From Amoebophrya sp. A120 (lineage: Eukaryota; Protista; Dinoflagellata): a stretch of 64,000 nucleotides of DNA. Of this stretch, positions 37,538 to 50,538 are shown piece by piece. Position numbers and translations under genes: made by a program. The notes beneath the pieces are model-generated. The model saw only the letters and a list, made by a program, of their open reading frames with translations, did not search any database and had not been told where the DNA came from. The DNA lies in assembly GCA_905178155.1 (NCBI GenBank), contig CAJINV010000009.1:1110692-1174691 (forward strand), in the 5' to 3' direction. Every line of letters starts with the position of its first letter. The stretch's first letter is position 1.

Positions 37538-39256
37538 TTTTCCGACCGGTTCGCGACAAAAAAGGAAGTAGTACGGGTATAAAAAAAACTGCCGTGCAGC
37601 TTCGTTCTCTTCCGGTGTGTCTGTCTATTCGAGGATGGAGATGGACGCGATCAACTTACGACCAACTGAGAGGTCGGTGGCAGCACGCGCCACAGCGATT
37701 CTTCTCTTGCCCGTTGCCGTCTGTTGTCGTTCTTGCGCGGCAAAAAAAAACTTACAGCCCTGATGGAGGAAGATGGAAACTCCAGTCCTGATTAATCAGT
37801 GCGCCGGACGCACCAATCTGGAGAGGACATGCCATGTTGATTGTCATATTTTTGGAAGAGGTAGATGTAGTGGTAAAAAAATTGCTATGTATCAATCCTC
37901 GCCGTACTACTTCCGCCTGAAGCTATAGAAGGAGTAGAGTAGAATCTATCGTGTCTACACGCAACGAGGCACGGGGAGAGACGTACTAAAAAATGGGGGT
38001 CGTCAAAGCGAACCTGGATTTTCAATATGCAGCAAAGAAATGCGCAAACTAAAAGTATTAACTATGACCAGAAATTCAACGTAGTTCTTGACGAAAACTG
38101 CATTCTTGAAGCCGGACGATTTTGACGAACGCATAATTTGGAAATCACAAGATGAACTCGAAATACTCACTTTGGGCGTTTTTCGTTTTTGATTGCACGG
38201 TCACGTCAGACAGGACGAATACGAGATGACACCGATCTTGCGGCAAAAGGAAAACCGACCATTTGCTTGGAATGGACGTTAGAGCAGCCAGACGAACAAC
38301 ATTGAAGATTTGTGTCAACGAAATATACATCGAAACCACCGAGTCGGCCCTATACGAGGAAAAGAAAAAGAGACGATGAAAGATGCTATTCTGCGCACGC
38401 CAGAAAATACGACTTCATGAAATGACACCATCAACGAACAGAGGCGGAGATGAATCAGGTCCATGAAGGCTCGAGAATGATTACGCACTCCAACTGCCCG
38501 CGCAAGACACTGCAAAAAAGATCTTTAGCGGAGTGCTATCACAATGTCGGCTGTTTGTACGCTTTGTTGTCTATTGTCATTATCGTACCATTGAATCAGA
38601 GGAAGAAGAAAGACAATCACAATTCCGCGAACAGAATCGCGGCCTGCTGATTGCTTTTGAAATGTTTTTCTCTTCTCTCCCGAAAAGCAAAGGAGAGAAC
38701 CTCCGCTAAAATGAATTTCAAGAACTTAGGTTTTGCGTTTATTTCAAAAGATGTTGTAGAAGGTATGACCAAGTTCTCCATTCATATTTCGCATCGCAGC
38801 ATCCGAAGTACCACAGTACTTTCAGAAGGACGACGCTAGCTGCACTACTAGCCAGAAGACATTGCTTCTCACATGTAGTAGTCCTATTCCGATTGCGACA
38901 ATCAGCAACATACAAGCACATCAAGAATGCGAGCGCCCCACACGATTGCCCCTAGAGTCTGAATACAGATACATTTTACTTAGTACTGGAAAATCACGTC
39001 TACCTCGCGCAATTGAAAATGCATAGTCGCAATCGCGACATGCTCTCAAACTACCACTACCTGATTGGTAAGCTAGCCGGCGGCAAAGACTATTTGAGAG
39101 GAAAGCCTATGGGCTTTCATCGAAAAACCGCTTCGGCCGGCGTTCTCGAGAATCGTGATTCGGAAGGTATATTTCGTGAGCCATACGACGTAGGAGGTAA
39201 GCCGCGATGCGCAGGACATGGGCCCAGCTGCGTCTTTCTCCAATAATGATGCAACC

Positions 39257-39614
39257 TCATTCCGTCGCCTGCTCCTTGTACAGACTCACATCGACCTTCT
39301 GTGCCTCCCGAAACTCAGCGAACTTTTCCTTCGCCAAGGCGAAGTACTCCTGTGAGAATACATGTTGCAGCTTTCACTCTGTATTCGTTTTGCTTGCACA
39401 AATGACTCATTCATGCACACGAAGTTGTACACTTTCACAGACAGGTGCTAAACAGAAAGCGCAAATGAAGATTCCTACATATTCATCAGTGTCTTACCTT
39501 GGCCTTCTCGTAGGCCTGGTCGTACACCGGCTTCAGCTGCTCCGACTTGTAGACTCCAATACTAGTGCCCACACCAGCGCCGACAAGAAACTCGAAGCAG
39601 CCCAGGGTGCTCAT
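39257..39614 (-). CDS. Small (about 69 aa) single-TM protein, 2 exons
   Basis: MSTLGCFEFLVGAGVGTSIGVYKSEQLKPVYDQAYEKAK|EYFALAKEKFAEFREAQKVDVSLYKEQATE*. Intron 39350..39497 (gtaaga...cacag). Confidence 0.7.
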
Positions 39615-40281
39615 CTTCTTGTGATCTTTTGGTTCTGGTTGCAAGCAAGTACTTAGTTCGAAGCGTAATCGGTCACTTCTCGTGCTTAGTGAAATTGAGG
39701 AGAAATTTGAGAAAAGAGTGACTTTAGGTCGCGACTCACAGTCGAAGAGGATACTGCAGCAAAGCCTTGATACCCAATTTATATTTTTTTTCTCATCATG
39801 TAAATATAACTGCGCTCTTGCACAGCAGCACCGACAGTGTCGCAGCGGCTGAAAAAAGGATTGCAGCTTAAAAAAGAAACAAATTCCTCGCAGCTTCTGA
39901 TTTGAAAGTGAGCGCAAGTGCATCTTCCAAAAAAAACACAAGCAGAAAAAACAACGACAGTGAGCAAACGCAGCCCTGAAAGAGAGCGCACCAAGAAAAA
40001 ACTTTTTTCGATGAACATGAAGACGCCCTCGGTTGTCTTTGACCATGATTTTTTTAATCTTTCAACTGACCTTCCAGAACACCAGGCTCATGAGCAAGAC
40101 TCGGCGAGTTGCAGTGCGCTTTCTTTTATTTGTGTCCTTCTTGCTTAGGAATAACACGCGTCGTGTAAGTACTCGACTACCACATTCTTGTCTGCGATGT
40201 TCCCTAATTATGCTTTGCGTTTTCGTTCAAGAACTTTGCTGCTGCGCATCGAAAGTGAAAGTCCGCCATGCTTCGAATATA

Positions 40282-40975
40282 TTAGATTTGACCACAGTCG
40301 GCGACCACGACAGGCTGTGATGTTTGTCCGGATTCCGAGCCAACCAGCTCGATTTTTTTGACGACGTCCATCCCTTCGATTACTGAGCCAAACACGGTGT
40401 GTTTCCCATCCAGCCACGAGGTCTGGACTGTACAGAGGAAAAACTGGCTCCCATTCGTGTTCGGGCCCGCATTTGCCATCGACAGAATACCTGAGACAAA
40501 AATTCGTTTACATCCCCCCAATTCACACCAATTTTGAACTTTGTTACATAGATTCTATCAAGTCCAAGTGAAGTCGGCTTCTTGTAAGGCCATGTTGCTC
40601 CTCGCGAGGACTCGTTCGGTTATTCAAAAGTACAAAAAAAAGAACAACAAGCAGGTTTATTTTGGTACCAGGCCCTGTGTGTGTGAGTGTGAAGTTCTCG
40701 TCTGCGAATTTGGCACCGTATATGGATTCGCCCCCGGTGCCGTTGCCGACCGTAAAATCGCCACCCTGGCACATAAAATTTGGAATCACCCGGTGGAACT
40801 TGCTTCCTCGAAAGTGGAGGGCCTTGCCGCTTTTACCCATTCCCTTTTCGCCCGTGCACAGGGCGCGAAAGTTCTCCGCGGTCTTCGGACACACATCGGC
40901 GCGAAGCTCCATTACTATCCTTCCGCACGAATTCCCACCTATCGCCATGTCGAAATACACCTTTGGGTTGGCCAT
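40282..40975 (-). CDS. PPIA: Cyclophilin-type peptidyl-prolyl cis-trans isomerase (CypA-like)
   Basis: [35 protein letters not shown]|[20 protein letters not shown] and [14 protein letters not shown] intron 40491..40668. Confidence 0.97.
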
Positions 40976-41721
40976 TTTTTCACTTGTCCTGACCTAGTCA
41001 GCAGAGCAGAATTCCAAGTAACTGAATCAAGGTGCCAGCACAGAGACAGACCGACGCGACTGTCGTAGTGGCGTCGAAAAATGAATCCTGAAATGACTAC
41101 GACCACTTCCTGCTACACGTATACACCAAGAAAAAGTAGAATAGGCAGCTTTGGAGATACATTAATGAAAGTGAACCATCAAGACCGAGAAGACCGTGAT
41201 CAAATCGCTATTTTAGAAAAAATGATTTTTCTGCTGGGTCACAGTGCTGGCGATTTGCGTTATTTGAACCGGGAACGTGAGATCGTGCCTCTTCACTGCA
41301 GCGGGATCTCAGGCTGACTTTAATACTTATTTTCCTGCCGAACAACTTGCTGCGGATCGTGGCTCCGCTTCAAACAAAACGTGAATGCCGCATCGTATCC
41401 TGTGGACATTGTTGTTTTCCTGACCAGATCGGAAGAAAGAAAAGCAAACAAGCTAAGAAGCCATACACAAACGAGGCAGAAGTTAGGACGGGTTCATCTT
41501 GGCGAATGCGGCAAATGCACGTTTTCCGTGGCTGCTGATCCTGCTCCCGATGAACAGCCCTTTGATATAATCTTCGAACGGTGCTTCCGACGTAGTTGCT
41601 ACCCACAGCAAGTTGATTTTGAAAATTTCAAAGAATCTCAGAAGCACAACTTCTGTTTCGCGCCACATTTCGTCCGCATTGTGATTTTCCGTCGGGAAAA
41701 TATGAAGTTTCGATTTTTGCA

Positions 41722-42570
41722 TCAGTAGTAGCTGAAACTTCTCCACTCTAAATCTGCGACTTCGTCCTCGAAATCGACAGCCGGAGAAAACGACGGATAG
41801 CACCTGGTACGCCTTTCCAGAAGGGTCTGGCTCTTGCGTGCGATCTCTCCTAGTGTGCTCCGAAGTTCACTCAGGTTCTCTTCCGCAGAGTGAAGAAGAC
41901 ACCCATCCGCTTTTATTTCTCTACCACCTCCTGTATCGTCTTTTATGTTGTTGCCCGGCTTCTTGGTTCCGCGCACTAGAAGCCTGCTCAGGTCGCGGAC
42001 CGCCTGGCAGACCAGCTTGTCCTCGTCAGATCGAGTATCTATTTTCGGAAAATGATCCAGTTGCGCAAGGGAACTTCGCTCTTCCGGAAAAGATGATAAG
42101 GCTTCCTCATCGCTCGTCTCGTCCGCTCGCTGACGATTTTCGGGAAGACCATCATCTATCCCACCACACGTTCCGACGTCCGTCTGGCTCACCTCTTGCA
42201 AAGCCACTTTCATTTTGCTCGGAGCCAAAATTCTATTCCGAATGAGACGCGGCTCATCACATCTGTTCTTCACACCTCTTCTAGACGCCTCTTGCATGTG
42301 TGCGTGGAAGTGCGGGGCGTCGCTATCTCGTGCGAAGGCTGAAAGCAACTCTCTCGAGATTCTGCCGTAAACAAGCCGAAGGACCCGATGATATCGGCTG
42401 CCGTCGCCGCTCGCATCTTGACCAAGCGCTGTATGTAGCTTTGCTTCAGCTTCTGCTTCGGGAAGGATTCGCATGATGCCAGTCACTGTCGCATGCAGAT
42501 CCACCAGGTCCAGCCTGCGTGCCCCGAGTGCCGGTGCGCAGAACTGCGATGGACGCACAATCGGATGCAT
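41722..42570 (-). CDS. Hypothetical protein (probably the last exon of a longer gene reaching about 43400)
   Basis: 282-aa open frame on the same strand as its neighbours. No recognisable domain; upstream exons unresolved. Confidence 0.4.
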   Translation of the reverse strand: MHPIVRPSQFCAPALGARRLDLVDLHATVTGIMRILPEAEAEAKLHTALGQDASGDGSRYHRVLRLVYGRISRELLSAFARDSDAPHFHAHMQEASRRGVKNRCDEPRLIRNRILAPSKMKVALQEVSQTDVGTCGGIDDGLPENRQRADETSDEEALSSFPEERSSLAQLDHFPKIDTRSDEDKLVCQAVRDLSRLLVRGTKKPGNNIKDDTGGGREIKADGCLLHSAEENLSELRSTLGEIARKSQTLLERRTRCYPSFSPAVDFEDEVADLEWRSFSYY

Positions 42571-43602
42571 GTTTGCGACGTGGGGGAGGAAATAACTTGA
42601 TCGTATTTATAGCAAGAGGGATACTAGGGAATCGATCTGTTACGGGTGAACATGAACGTGAAGTATTGAAGGCACCACCGAGGGAGTGGTAGTAGCGTTG
42701 GAGGAAAAATGCACTGTATTTATAGGCCAAAAAGCGCCTGTGGGAAGCATTGCTTAACGCAACGACAACATTGCTCAGCCGTGGGACAATAAAAATAATG
42801 CCTGCTCGGACTGGTGGAAACACAATGGATCAGATCACATATACATGACACAACCGACAAAATGGAGATGCACAGCAATGTCCGAGTCCCACAGAATACC
42901 TGTGTAACTTCCGCGGAATCAGAAACAGAATCAGGTAATCACGATCTCATCAACCGAACATTTTGATTTTAGCCGAGGGAGCCTCGTGCATGTTTAGATT
43001 GATGACAGAGGCGAGTGAAACCGATTCCGAAGAACCAGGAGATGACCGAATGAGATGAAGATCCATCAAGACGCGCATTGCATCAAAGTGTGTGCTCAAC
43101 GCTCTGCGCTTCAAAGAGAGCGGATACGCAGCCGGAGTCGCCGACCGCGATAAGAAGGAACACGCATCCAACCAACATGCTGCAGGAGAATGGCTCAGCA
43201 GGTGCCACCGCCTTCTTGTGGAGCTCTTTCTTTGTGTTTCCTGTGGCTCAAACAATCCGTGTGCGCATGCGTACCGCGTCCATTGATCACATCGCTCAAT
43301 GTAAAAGACTCGTTTGCCAATAGCACTGGGCCAAGCGTAGACACTTTCCCTCTCAGGGCGTGAGTAGGCCACACGTTCTCATTAACGCAAACGTCTCTCA
43401 CACAAACAGGGATGTATTTATTTCTCTTATGTTCGACACAACAGATTGCTGATTCTAAACTCGTACGTGCCGTCATGTTCATTCTTCACGGACTCTTCCA
43501 ACTGACCAGACACAACGTCTGGCTGTCTCCAGTCAGGAGTCCAAGCCCGTATGTGGATTCATCACCTTCCGTCGAAAAAGAAGTGTTGGAAGCAAGCCCG
43601 AT

Positions 43603-44088
43603 TTAGTCGAACAGATCGAACTCCATCTCCTCCTCCTCTTCTTCCACAACTTCTTCCTTCTTAGCCTCCGCAGCCGGAGCGTCGCCGCCCGCGGCAGCGC
43701 CGCCAGCTGCAGCACCACCGCCGCCGCCACCGAAGCCCTGGAGCTGCTCACGGCCCTTCGCGATCACTTCGTGAACGACCTTACCTGTTGTGCAGTGATT
43801 TTGAAAATTTTCAATTCAGCTGTGTCTTTAAATTTTCGTCGCCGACGAAGATGATGCTTCTCTTTTTATGTCCAATTGTGTGGGAATGAAACTGATACTT
43901 ACATGCGATTACTTCCAAGACTCTTCACTAAAAAAAGTACCCTTCATCTCGGAGATGAGCTTGTCAGCCAAAGCCGAATCAAATTCGCCGCCGGCGGCTT
44001 CGATGATCTTCTTTAAATCAGCGGAGGTCGGCTCGTCCTTGCCGGACAGCACGGTGAGGAGGTAAGCGGAAACGTACTTGAGTCCCAT
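43603..44088 (-). CDS. RPLP2: 60S acidic ribosomal protein P2
   Basis: MGLKYVSAYLLTVLSGKDEPTSADLKKII...EMKG|KVVHEVIAKG...AEAKKEEVVEEEEEEMEFDLFD*. GT-AG intron 43785..43940. Confidence 0.95.
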
Positions 44089-44909
44089 TTTGAAGATGAT
44101 GTGTCTATGACAACGACGTAGTTTAAACCACCAGGGGTCCAAAGTTGGCACTGTTATTCACATAGATTGAAAGTGATGAAGATATCAGTAGCAAGAACTC
44201 GTGTGTAGCATTGGGGAACTTCAACGGCCATGGCAGATGGGCGCGCGGCATTCAGTGGATCGCGATTGGGAAGGGGAACATTTTTGATTTAGACTTGGGC
44301 TTTAAATTGATCAAGCTCATGCGCATGTTGATCTTCTCATTCTGTTGTTTTGGGAACTCTCTAGAATTGGATCTTTTCTTCAATAATCGAAGCTGAACAT
44401 GAACCGACTCGCCTACATAGTCTTGAAGTGTAGAAGGGTTCTGAAGCAAATTTTTGGATCTTTAAGTTTCCTGTTGAGTTCTTCCTTGAGTCCATGGGCA
44501 ACTAATTAAATACAAATACATTGACAATGCCTTCACCATACCCTCCTTGAGGAACAACGCACAAAAAAATTTGATCGATCTGAGGGCAGCACCTTTTTAT
44601 GCTCGAGCTTGGCGGGAATGAGCCATGCATGAGTTTTGCCTTTGATTTCTCACATGCTGCTAGCGTTCTTGCAGTGTAGTTTATGATGCAGGATTCGGAT
44701 TTCCAAAATTTTCTAGCTTTAGATTATTAAATTGGGACTTTAGCGTGTTTTGCCACGAGGAAAAAAAATGAATCATGTTGTGAGGGGTTTGTCTAAAAAA
44801 ATTTTCGTGCAGAAGCAGTGTCGGGGAATTTCTTCTATAGTGATCGAGAATCTAGCGGCAGAACGATAACGTGTTACGAAACGCAGCCCGCTCCAGGTGA
44901 AAAGACGCA

Positions 44910-46490
44910 CTACTGGATCGAGCACCAGTCGTCCCCGTCGGAGTCGTCTTTCTTGTCCGCGGATCGCCGCCGGTCCCTTTCTTGCGAGCGGCGACTGCCC
45001 TTCTTCCCGTCGCCCTTCTTCCAGCCCTTCTCGTCGTACCCACCGTTGTCCCAGTCGCTCCGGTAGCTGTTCTCCCAGTCCTTTCCTTTCCCCTTCTTTT
45101 TGCCCTTCCAGCTCTCCTTGCCACCCATCCAGCTGCCCTTTTTCCCACCGAAATCGTCAAACCCAGGATATCACTTTGAAAACAAACTAACAACCCCGCC
45201 CCGGCGAGAAGACTGACTGCACTCAGCGAGTATTATCCGCAGTGCCAAAGCCAAAGAAAACGGAAATGTTTTAGTGTTTTGCATGAAAACCAAGAAGAGC
45301 AACAGGTGCATGGCACTTTTTTAGTGCGAACAACACGAATGAATCTTTGTCTTGCCCGATGCGAGTCCCAGTTTCATTCAATGTGATAACCCCGGTGGTC
45401 CGAACTCGTCGAAACCGTTCCCGTACGCCGGCTCTTCCCAGTACTCTTCACCATCGTACCCCTCGTCCTCGTAGTACTCGTCGACGTAGGCCTCCTCCGC
45501 CTGACGTTTTTTCCTGAAGTACACTACCAATGACACAATGATGATCACGCAAAGGACCCCAACTCCGCCAAGAATAATGTACATCGTGTAATCGTCTTGC
45601 ACTCTTGTCCCCAGAAAAAGACCCATCCACACGAACGACACGACCCCGTGACGCGATCTCAGACAAATCGTTGCAATGCATATCGTCGTTCGTCAACAAA
45701 AAGAGAGGCGTGGTGATGGAACTATGTGTATAAGCAGTGACTTCAACTACAGTACCAGTAGGGCCAATGCGAAAAGTATACGCAGAAGTACGCGCTCCTG
45801 TTAAGGCATGCTCCCTGTGCTTTTCGGTCATTCCAATGGCGAAACATCGCGAAGTACAACATGAATAGTCGGGTCATACCTATTAATATGCAGGGAAGAT
45901 CGGGCAACGAACACGTCGCAAAGATGAGCCCACGGGTCTGTGTCTCGTGCGATGAGGGCTGACATTCATTTCGATAGCTTGCGGGGGGGCGGTGGTCGTC
46001 GGTGTTTCTGGCGGTGACGGCGCAGGAGCCGGCGTGCTTGTTGGATCTGCGTCCATGTCTTCGTAGTGAGGCGCTAGTACGATTGCGCCACACTTGGCAA
46101 CATCGTTCAAACATTCCCGTATACTGCACACGCCAGAATCACAAGGGTTGGGACCAGTGGGCTTTGGGCGCGGAACGCATGTGTGTACAACTTCCCCCTG
46201 TTCAATGTTCCCGGTGCGCTCTGGTGCGCAAACCGTGCTTTCGTCTGCCGGCTTTACTATGGTGCAACTATTCACGAGCCAACTTTGGTACGATTTGAAG
46301 AAAACTTTACAGGATTCTAAAACCATCCCCGTACCTTGTTGCCCACAACTCCATAAGCTAACAAAACCCTTTTTCAAATTCTTATTGATTAATTCGCCAG
46401 CTGGCCCTCCCGGGATTTCGCACGTCGTTCTGTCTGTGTTGAGCTCATCGACGGTAACGTCGCTCGCAACCAAAACTCGTTCCGTGGGGT
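44910..46490 (-). CDS. Putative type I membrane protein: Cys-rich ectodomain, P/T linker, single TM, acidic Y/G/W-rich tail (frameshifted; 5' end unresolved)
   Basis: ORF 45883..46473 is Cys-rich with TSTPAPAPSPPETPTTT. TM YIILGGVGVLCVIIIVSLVVYF followed by RKKR. The tail continues into 44910..45160 after excising the 45169..45388 element. Needs about 2 frameshifts. Confidence 0.5.
45169..45388. mobile_element. Inverted-repeat intron element (introner-like)
   Basis: TATCACTTTGAA / revcomp TATCACATTGAA (11/12). Imperfect 8-nt direct repeat ACCCAGGA/ACCCCGGT. Excision gives GPPG-FDDFGGKKGSW in frame. Confidence 0.65.
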
Positions 46491-47980
46491 ATCAAAACAA
46501 GAGGGGATCCCGTCGCGATTCTCACTTTTACTTATGCCTCATATGATCAACCTATATTTCATCATTAACTTTAAGCTTTACCATCGACTCGGTTTGCAGA
46601 TCACGATTCACAGCAGCTACAGCCGTGGTGGATGGTCTGAGACAGAACATGCAAACACTAACAGAAACAGGCCAGACTGAAAGGACGGAGCTGCACATTG
46701 AGATCTTCTCGACGACGGGATGCTTATGCACTACCATACGGCGTTTACCTTCCGAGCCGTCTGGTGGTTCTGCTTGATGAACGTGAAACCTTGCACCGTC
46801 TGCAAAGCAACAAAATGGACTAGTACAGTGTGCTTCATCAGGAACGCCATGCGCAAGGACTTCGGTCCCATCCCCTTCGCCCTTCGAGACAAAAATGTTC
46901 TTGTGGGAGCTGATTTACAACTGAACCCGCACCGGTAGATCCCTTTCCTCGTAGCCCCGTAAGTATTGCGGCAATCAGACAGTCAGATCCCGCAATCGGT
47001 TGAAATTTCTTTCCACTGATGGTTCCAGTCGAAACAAGAATAAATCTTGTATGCTGGGCCTGGGTCACAGGGATGTACAAAATTGAGAATGAAAATCTAA
47101 ATCAGGCTGTTGTGGTCGCAGAGTGATTTTCCAAACCTAGTGGGGGGGTGCATCTCCATGATGACACAGAATACCAATGAGTCTTTTCTTGCTTTCAACA
47201 AAATATGCGTAAACTTCTCTGGGGTGGAGACGTGACGGGTCCTTGGAGCAAAAACAAACGAAAGTGAAAAAATTCATTGTGCGAAGATAAATTTCCAGTG
47301 AATGCGATCGAAATCAAGACCGGACAAGACTGTGCGCCAGACGTTCGCAAGAATGATTGCCCGATGCAGTTGCATCGAAAAAACGCACGAGGGTCAAGCA
47401 CAAACGAAACTGCAATAGCGAACGAAATATGAAAGGGACGTGCAACGAGGAACCGATAATTTCGACGTCTCACAGCCAGAGCTCGCACTTCGGCTTACGA
47501 AAAAGGTGCAGTCGGACGCGCGACGCAGACATGCCCGAGCCCGCGTATGCGAAAACCGCCTGACCGAGAGAACGACCGAGCATTGAGACTGGTAAGTGCT
47601 AGGGACCAACATTTGTTCGCTCAACCAAAAGCGCTGCTTCTTGCCCGCGGCACTGCACTACAACCAAGAAAAGTTTCCGACCATGGTTGCAATGCTTTGT
47701 GTTCGATAGCCAGAGCGAGAGCCCAACCTGGACTTGCAATATCCCATATGTCGTCCGAAGTAGAGTTTACGCAGTTCTTCCGTCAACCGGAGAATGCTGT
47801 ATCGAAGAAGTTGTAGATTGGCTTTGTTGTAGGAAGAAACGAACCATCCTTCGTTGCATAGATCATACAAAGACGTACTAGCATCAGGACTGCAATGCCA
47901 GTTTCAAAGATCCGGCGCTTCATCATAAATATTTTTGGATTTGCATTTGGAATTGGATTTGCTTATCGCACGATATAATA

Positions 47981-49205
47981 TCACGAGAAGAAACGACGCA
48001 GCACATCAAAAGGCAAAAGAGGCAGCCCGGCTTGCGAGCGAAAGACAGCCAAGATAACCAGGCCGGGCACGGGGAGCACCACATGCCAAAGTGTATGCCA
48101 GAAAAGGTAATGTTGAAAATGCCGCTCGACCTTCTCCATCAACAGTCCCGCTTCGCCTGCGTCTGCCTTCCTCAGTGTGGCTGGTGGCGCCTCTCCCGAT
48201 GAAACGCCGAGTCCTCTAGCACTGGACCTGCTGCCTGTAAGAACTTGACCCCGTTCCGAAAGGTCGGAGCCCCCTCCCCGCCTGACCGGTGTCCGATTCC
48301 GAGTCGCGGTTGTCCTTTTTGCCTTTGCATTTTGTCCTTGTCTTCTGCTGCTCCGACGCTGTCGGCGATCCGTCACGGAGCTCGCGCGATTCGACATCTT
48401 CGGGGAAACCGAGGTATTGCTGACTTCCGGCAACCCGCCCAACCGACCACTAGCTGCGAGGCACTCGCCGAAGTGGGTTGCGGCTGTGAGGAAAACGAAT
48501 CCCGCACCCCACAACATGGAAAATAGCACCCAGTTCGTTGGGTACTCAATGGGCAGGAAAAGCCAGTGGCTGCACTGAACCATAAACATCGTCATGGCAC
48601 TGGCACGGTCAACCTGGTGAATTTAGGGGCACATAATTGAGTTGATGCATGAAGTTGAAGCCAACTGCTGAAACTGCTGACTGGGGCTGTTTCACGAAAA
48701 TGCTAACATTCAACTGGTGTGGAGGACAAGGAAGGAGAACAACACGAATGATCCAGACGTTTGGGGCACAAAACAACGCATACACATTCGCATAAATCAA
48801 TTTCTCGCAAAAAAGAAGCAATACAGTTGACGCGGTCCAGTCAAGGCCAAAGCTGTGGACATCGTTCCAATACGATATCGGTCCCTGCACCACCAAAAAG
48901 AAACCTTCCCACCACCAGAGTCCGGCGAAATCGGGAAACTTTTGGTCCATGGCTTCGGCGGACAGCATCAGGTAGGCCCCGAAAACGCTGTACAAGAAGG
49001 AGCTCGCAGCAAAGTGCCAGCACTGCCGAGCCCGCTGCACGTATCCCTTCTGAATCAGGTATGTCGATGTGTCGGCGCAGGTGCTGTCCGTTCGGGCCAA
49101 ACGTGCCCACTGCACTTTAACCCACGAAGCGAATGCCTTGAACGTCGTTGCGGCATTTTTGCGCGGAATGCCGTGCGCCTCCTGTTTCTGGCGCCCCACG
49201 CCCAT
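47981..49205 (-). CDS. Multi-pass membrane protein, CREST-superfamily-like, 2 exons
   Basis: Several TM segments; ISYWNDVH, VDRASA and a terminal FWHTLWH (HxxWH) motif. GT-AG intron 48614..48824. Confidence 0.55.
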
Positions 49206-50288
49206 CCGAGTGCAGCTTTATTTCGCGGTGCGCACAAGGTCCAGATGATCCTTTAGAGCTTAATGTGACTGGCCCGCCTTGTTCGCAAATAGAGACAGAA
49301 CCACACAAGAAGAAACTTCGCAACTACAAGGGCTCGTATCGGGTGAGCGGCACGCTTTCTCGTCGCGATGGTACAGAGTTTATCTATCTTCTGCTAACGA
49401 GGAATCCAATTGCTCAGTACCTACGTAAGTAATAGGGGATTGGGTAGGCGTCTTGGACCAGCGGGAATGCACAGCCTGCGAAGATTCGGGTGGTTTTGGC
49501 CCGCGATGACGATGAAGTTGCTACTCTGAAATCCACCACGACGATGAAAGAAACCGACCAGGCAACGCACAGTGGGGGAAATTCCGACTTAAAGATCCGA
49601 GGACGAGGGGGCTTGCTGCTGCTCCTCTGCAGCATAAAAATAGATGAACGAATCTACACGTTTTTCGGGCTTGCTGCAATCAAACCTGCTTTTGGACGAA
49701 ACCGATGGATTTCGCACGCACCTAATAGTAATTCAGTCCTCCCCGTAGCTGACAAATCAACGATGGGCTCACGCGGAGCCGAATAGACCCGATCGCACTG
49801 AGACTGGCTCGAGGTGTCAGTGCCACACAGTCTACTAGCTTCATCTAGCGCTATTTTGTGAATTCCGATTTCAAAAAAAAATTCCGTACGAATTATCGTG
49901 GAGGGGTAATTCCTGAGCATTAAAAGACGAGGGTGACATGCAAAAAGAAGAACGGAAAAAACGAAATGAAAAAACGAGCTGAAATGACTTCTAGGGGAAA
50001 AGGAAAGCGATAACGTTAACGACGCACATGAGCAATGAAAATCACAAAAAAATGCAACTACTTCTACTGAACGAAGAAAAAATGAGAGTTGAGAATGCCG
50101 AGATACCGTGGTGGTGGCCTTCATGCTGCCACCTCTTTGTGTGGGCTTCCTCGTAAGACGGAAAAAGTAGCTCAAAAGTAGGACGACGGCTAAAAGTATG
50201 GAAATATGCTGATACTTTTTTCATGCTTGTACCTCCATGCATGTGGTGCGTACTGCATCGCTCAGCTTCTGCGAGTCAAATAGTGACG

Positions 50289-50322
50289 GAAACAGTTGCA
50301 GACAGAAACAGTTGCAGACAGA
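50289..50322. repeat. Perfect 16-nt tandem duplication GAAACAGTTGCAGACA x2
   Basis: Directly visible. Confidence 0.8.
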
Positions 50323-50538
50323 TGCAATCAAAAAATTCGAGGTACTCCAACTCGCTGCGATCTTCTAGCAATTGAAAAGAAGAGTGTATAGCAGTCTTTT
50401 CCTTGCTGCGTACACTTCGGACTCAAGCAAATCTTTTCGCATGAATATCGTACATCGACCACCAACTTCTCTTCATCTTGTCATTTGCTTGATTCATCTA
50501 ATGAAGAGACGCAGTGAGTTAACACAACAGCCCCTGCA

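Noticed and set aside
42222-42231. GAGCCAAAAT, a partial match to the dinoflagellate spliced leader (reverse complement)
   Set aside because: Only 10 nt, inside an ORF, and expected by chance. No leader relic seen upstream of genes.
42608-42898. Possible seventh inverted-repeat intron (TATAGCAAGAGGG / TATTCTGTGGG)
   Set aside because: The end match is too weak and the upstream frame is unresolved.
3014-44088. Alternative genetic code or stop read-through to explain broken ORFs
   Set aside because: Conserved genes end at expected positions (TAA in RSPH9, cyclophilin and RPLP2; TGA in the NEMP model), and their internal breaks are explained by introns.
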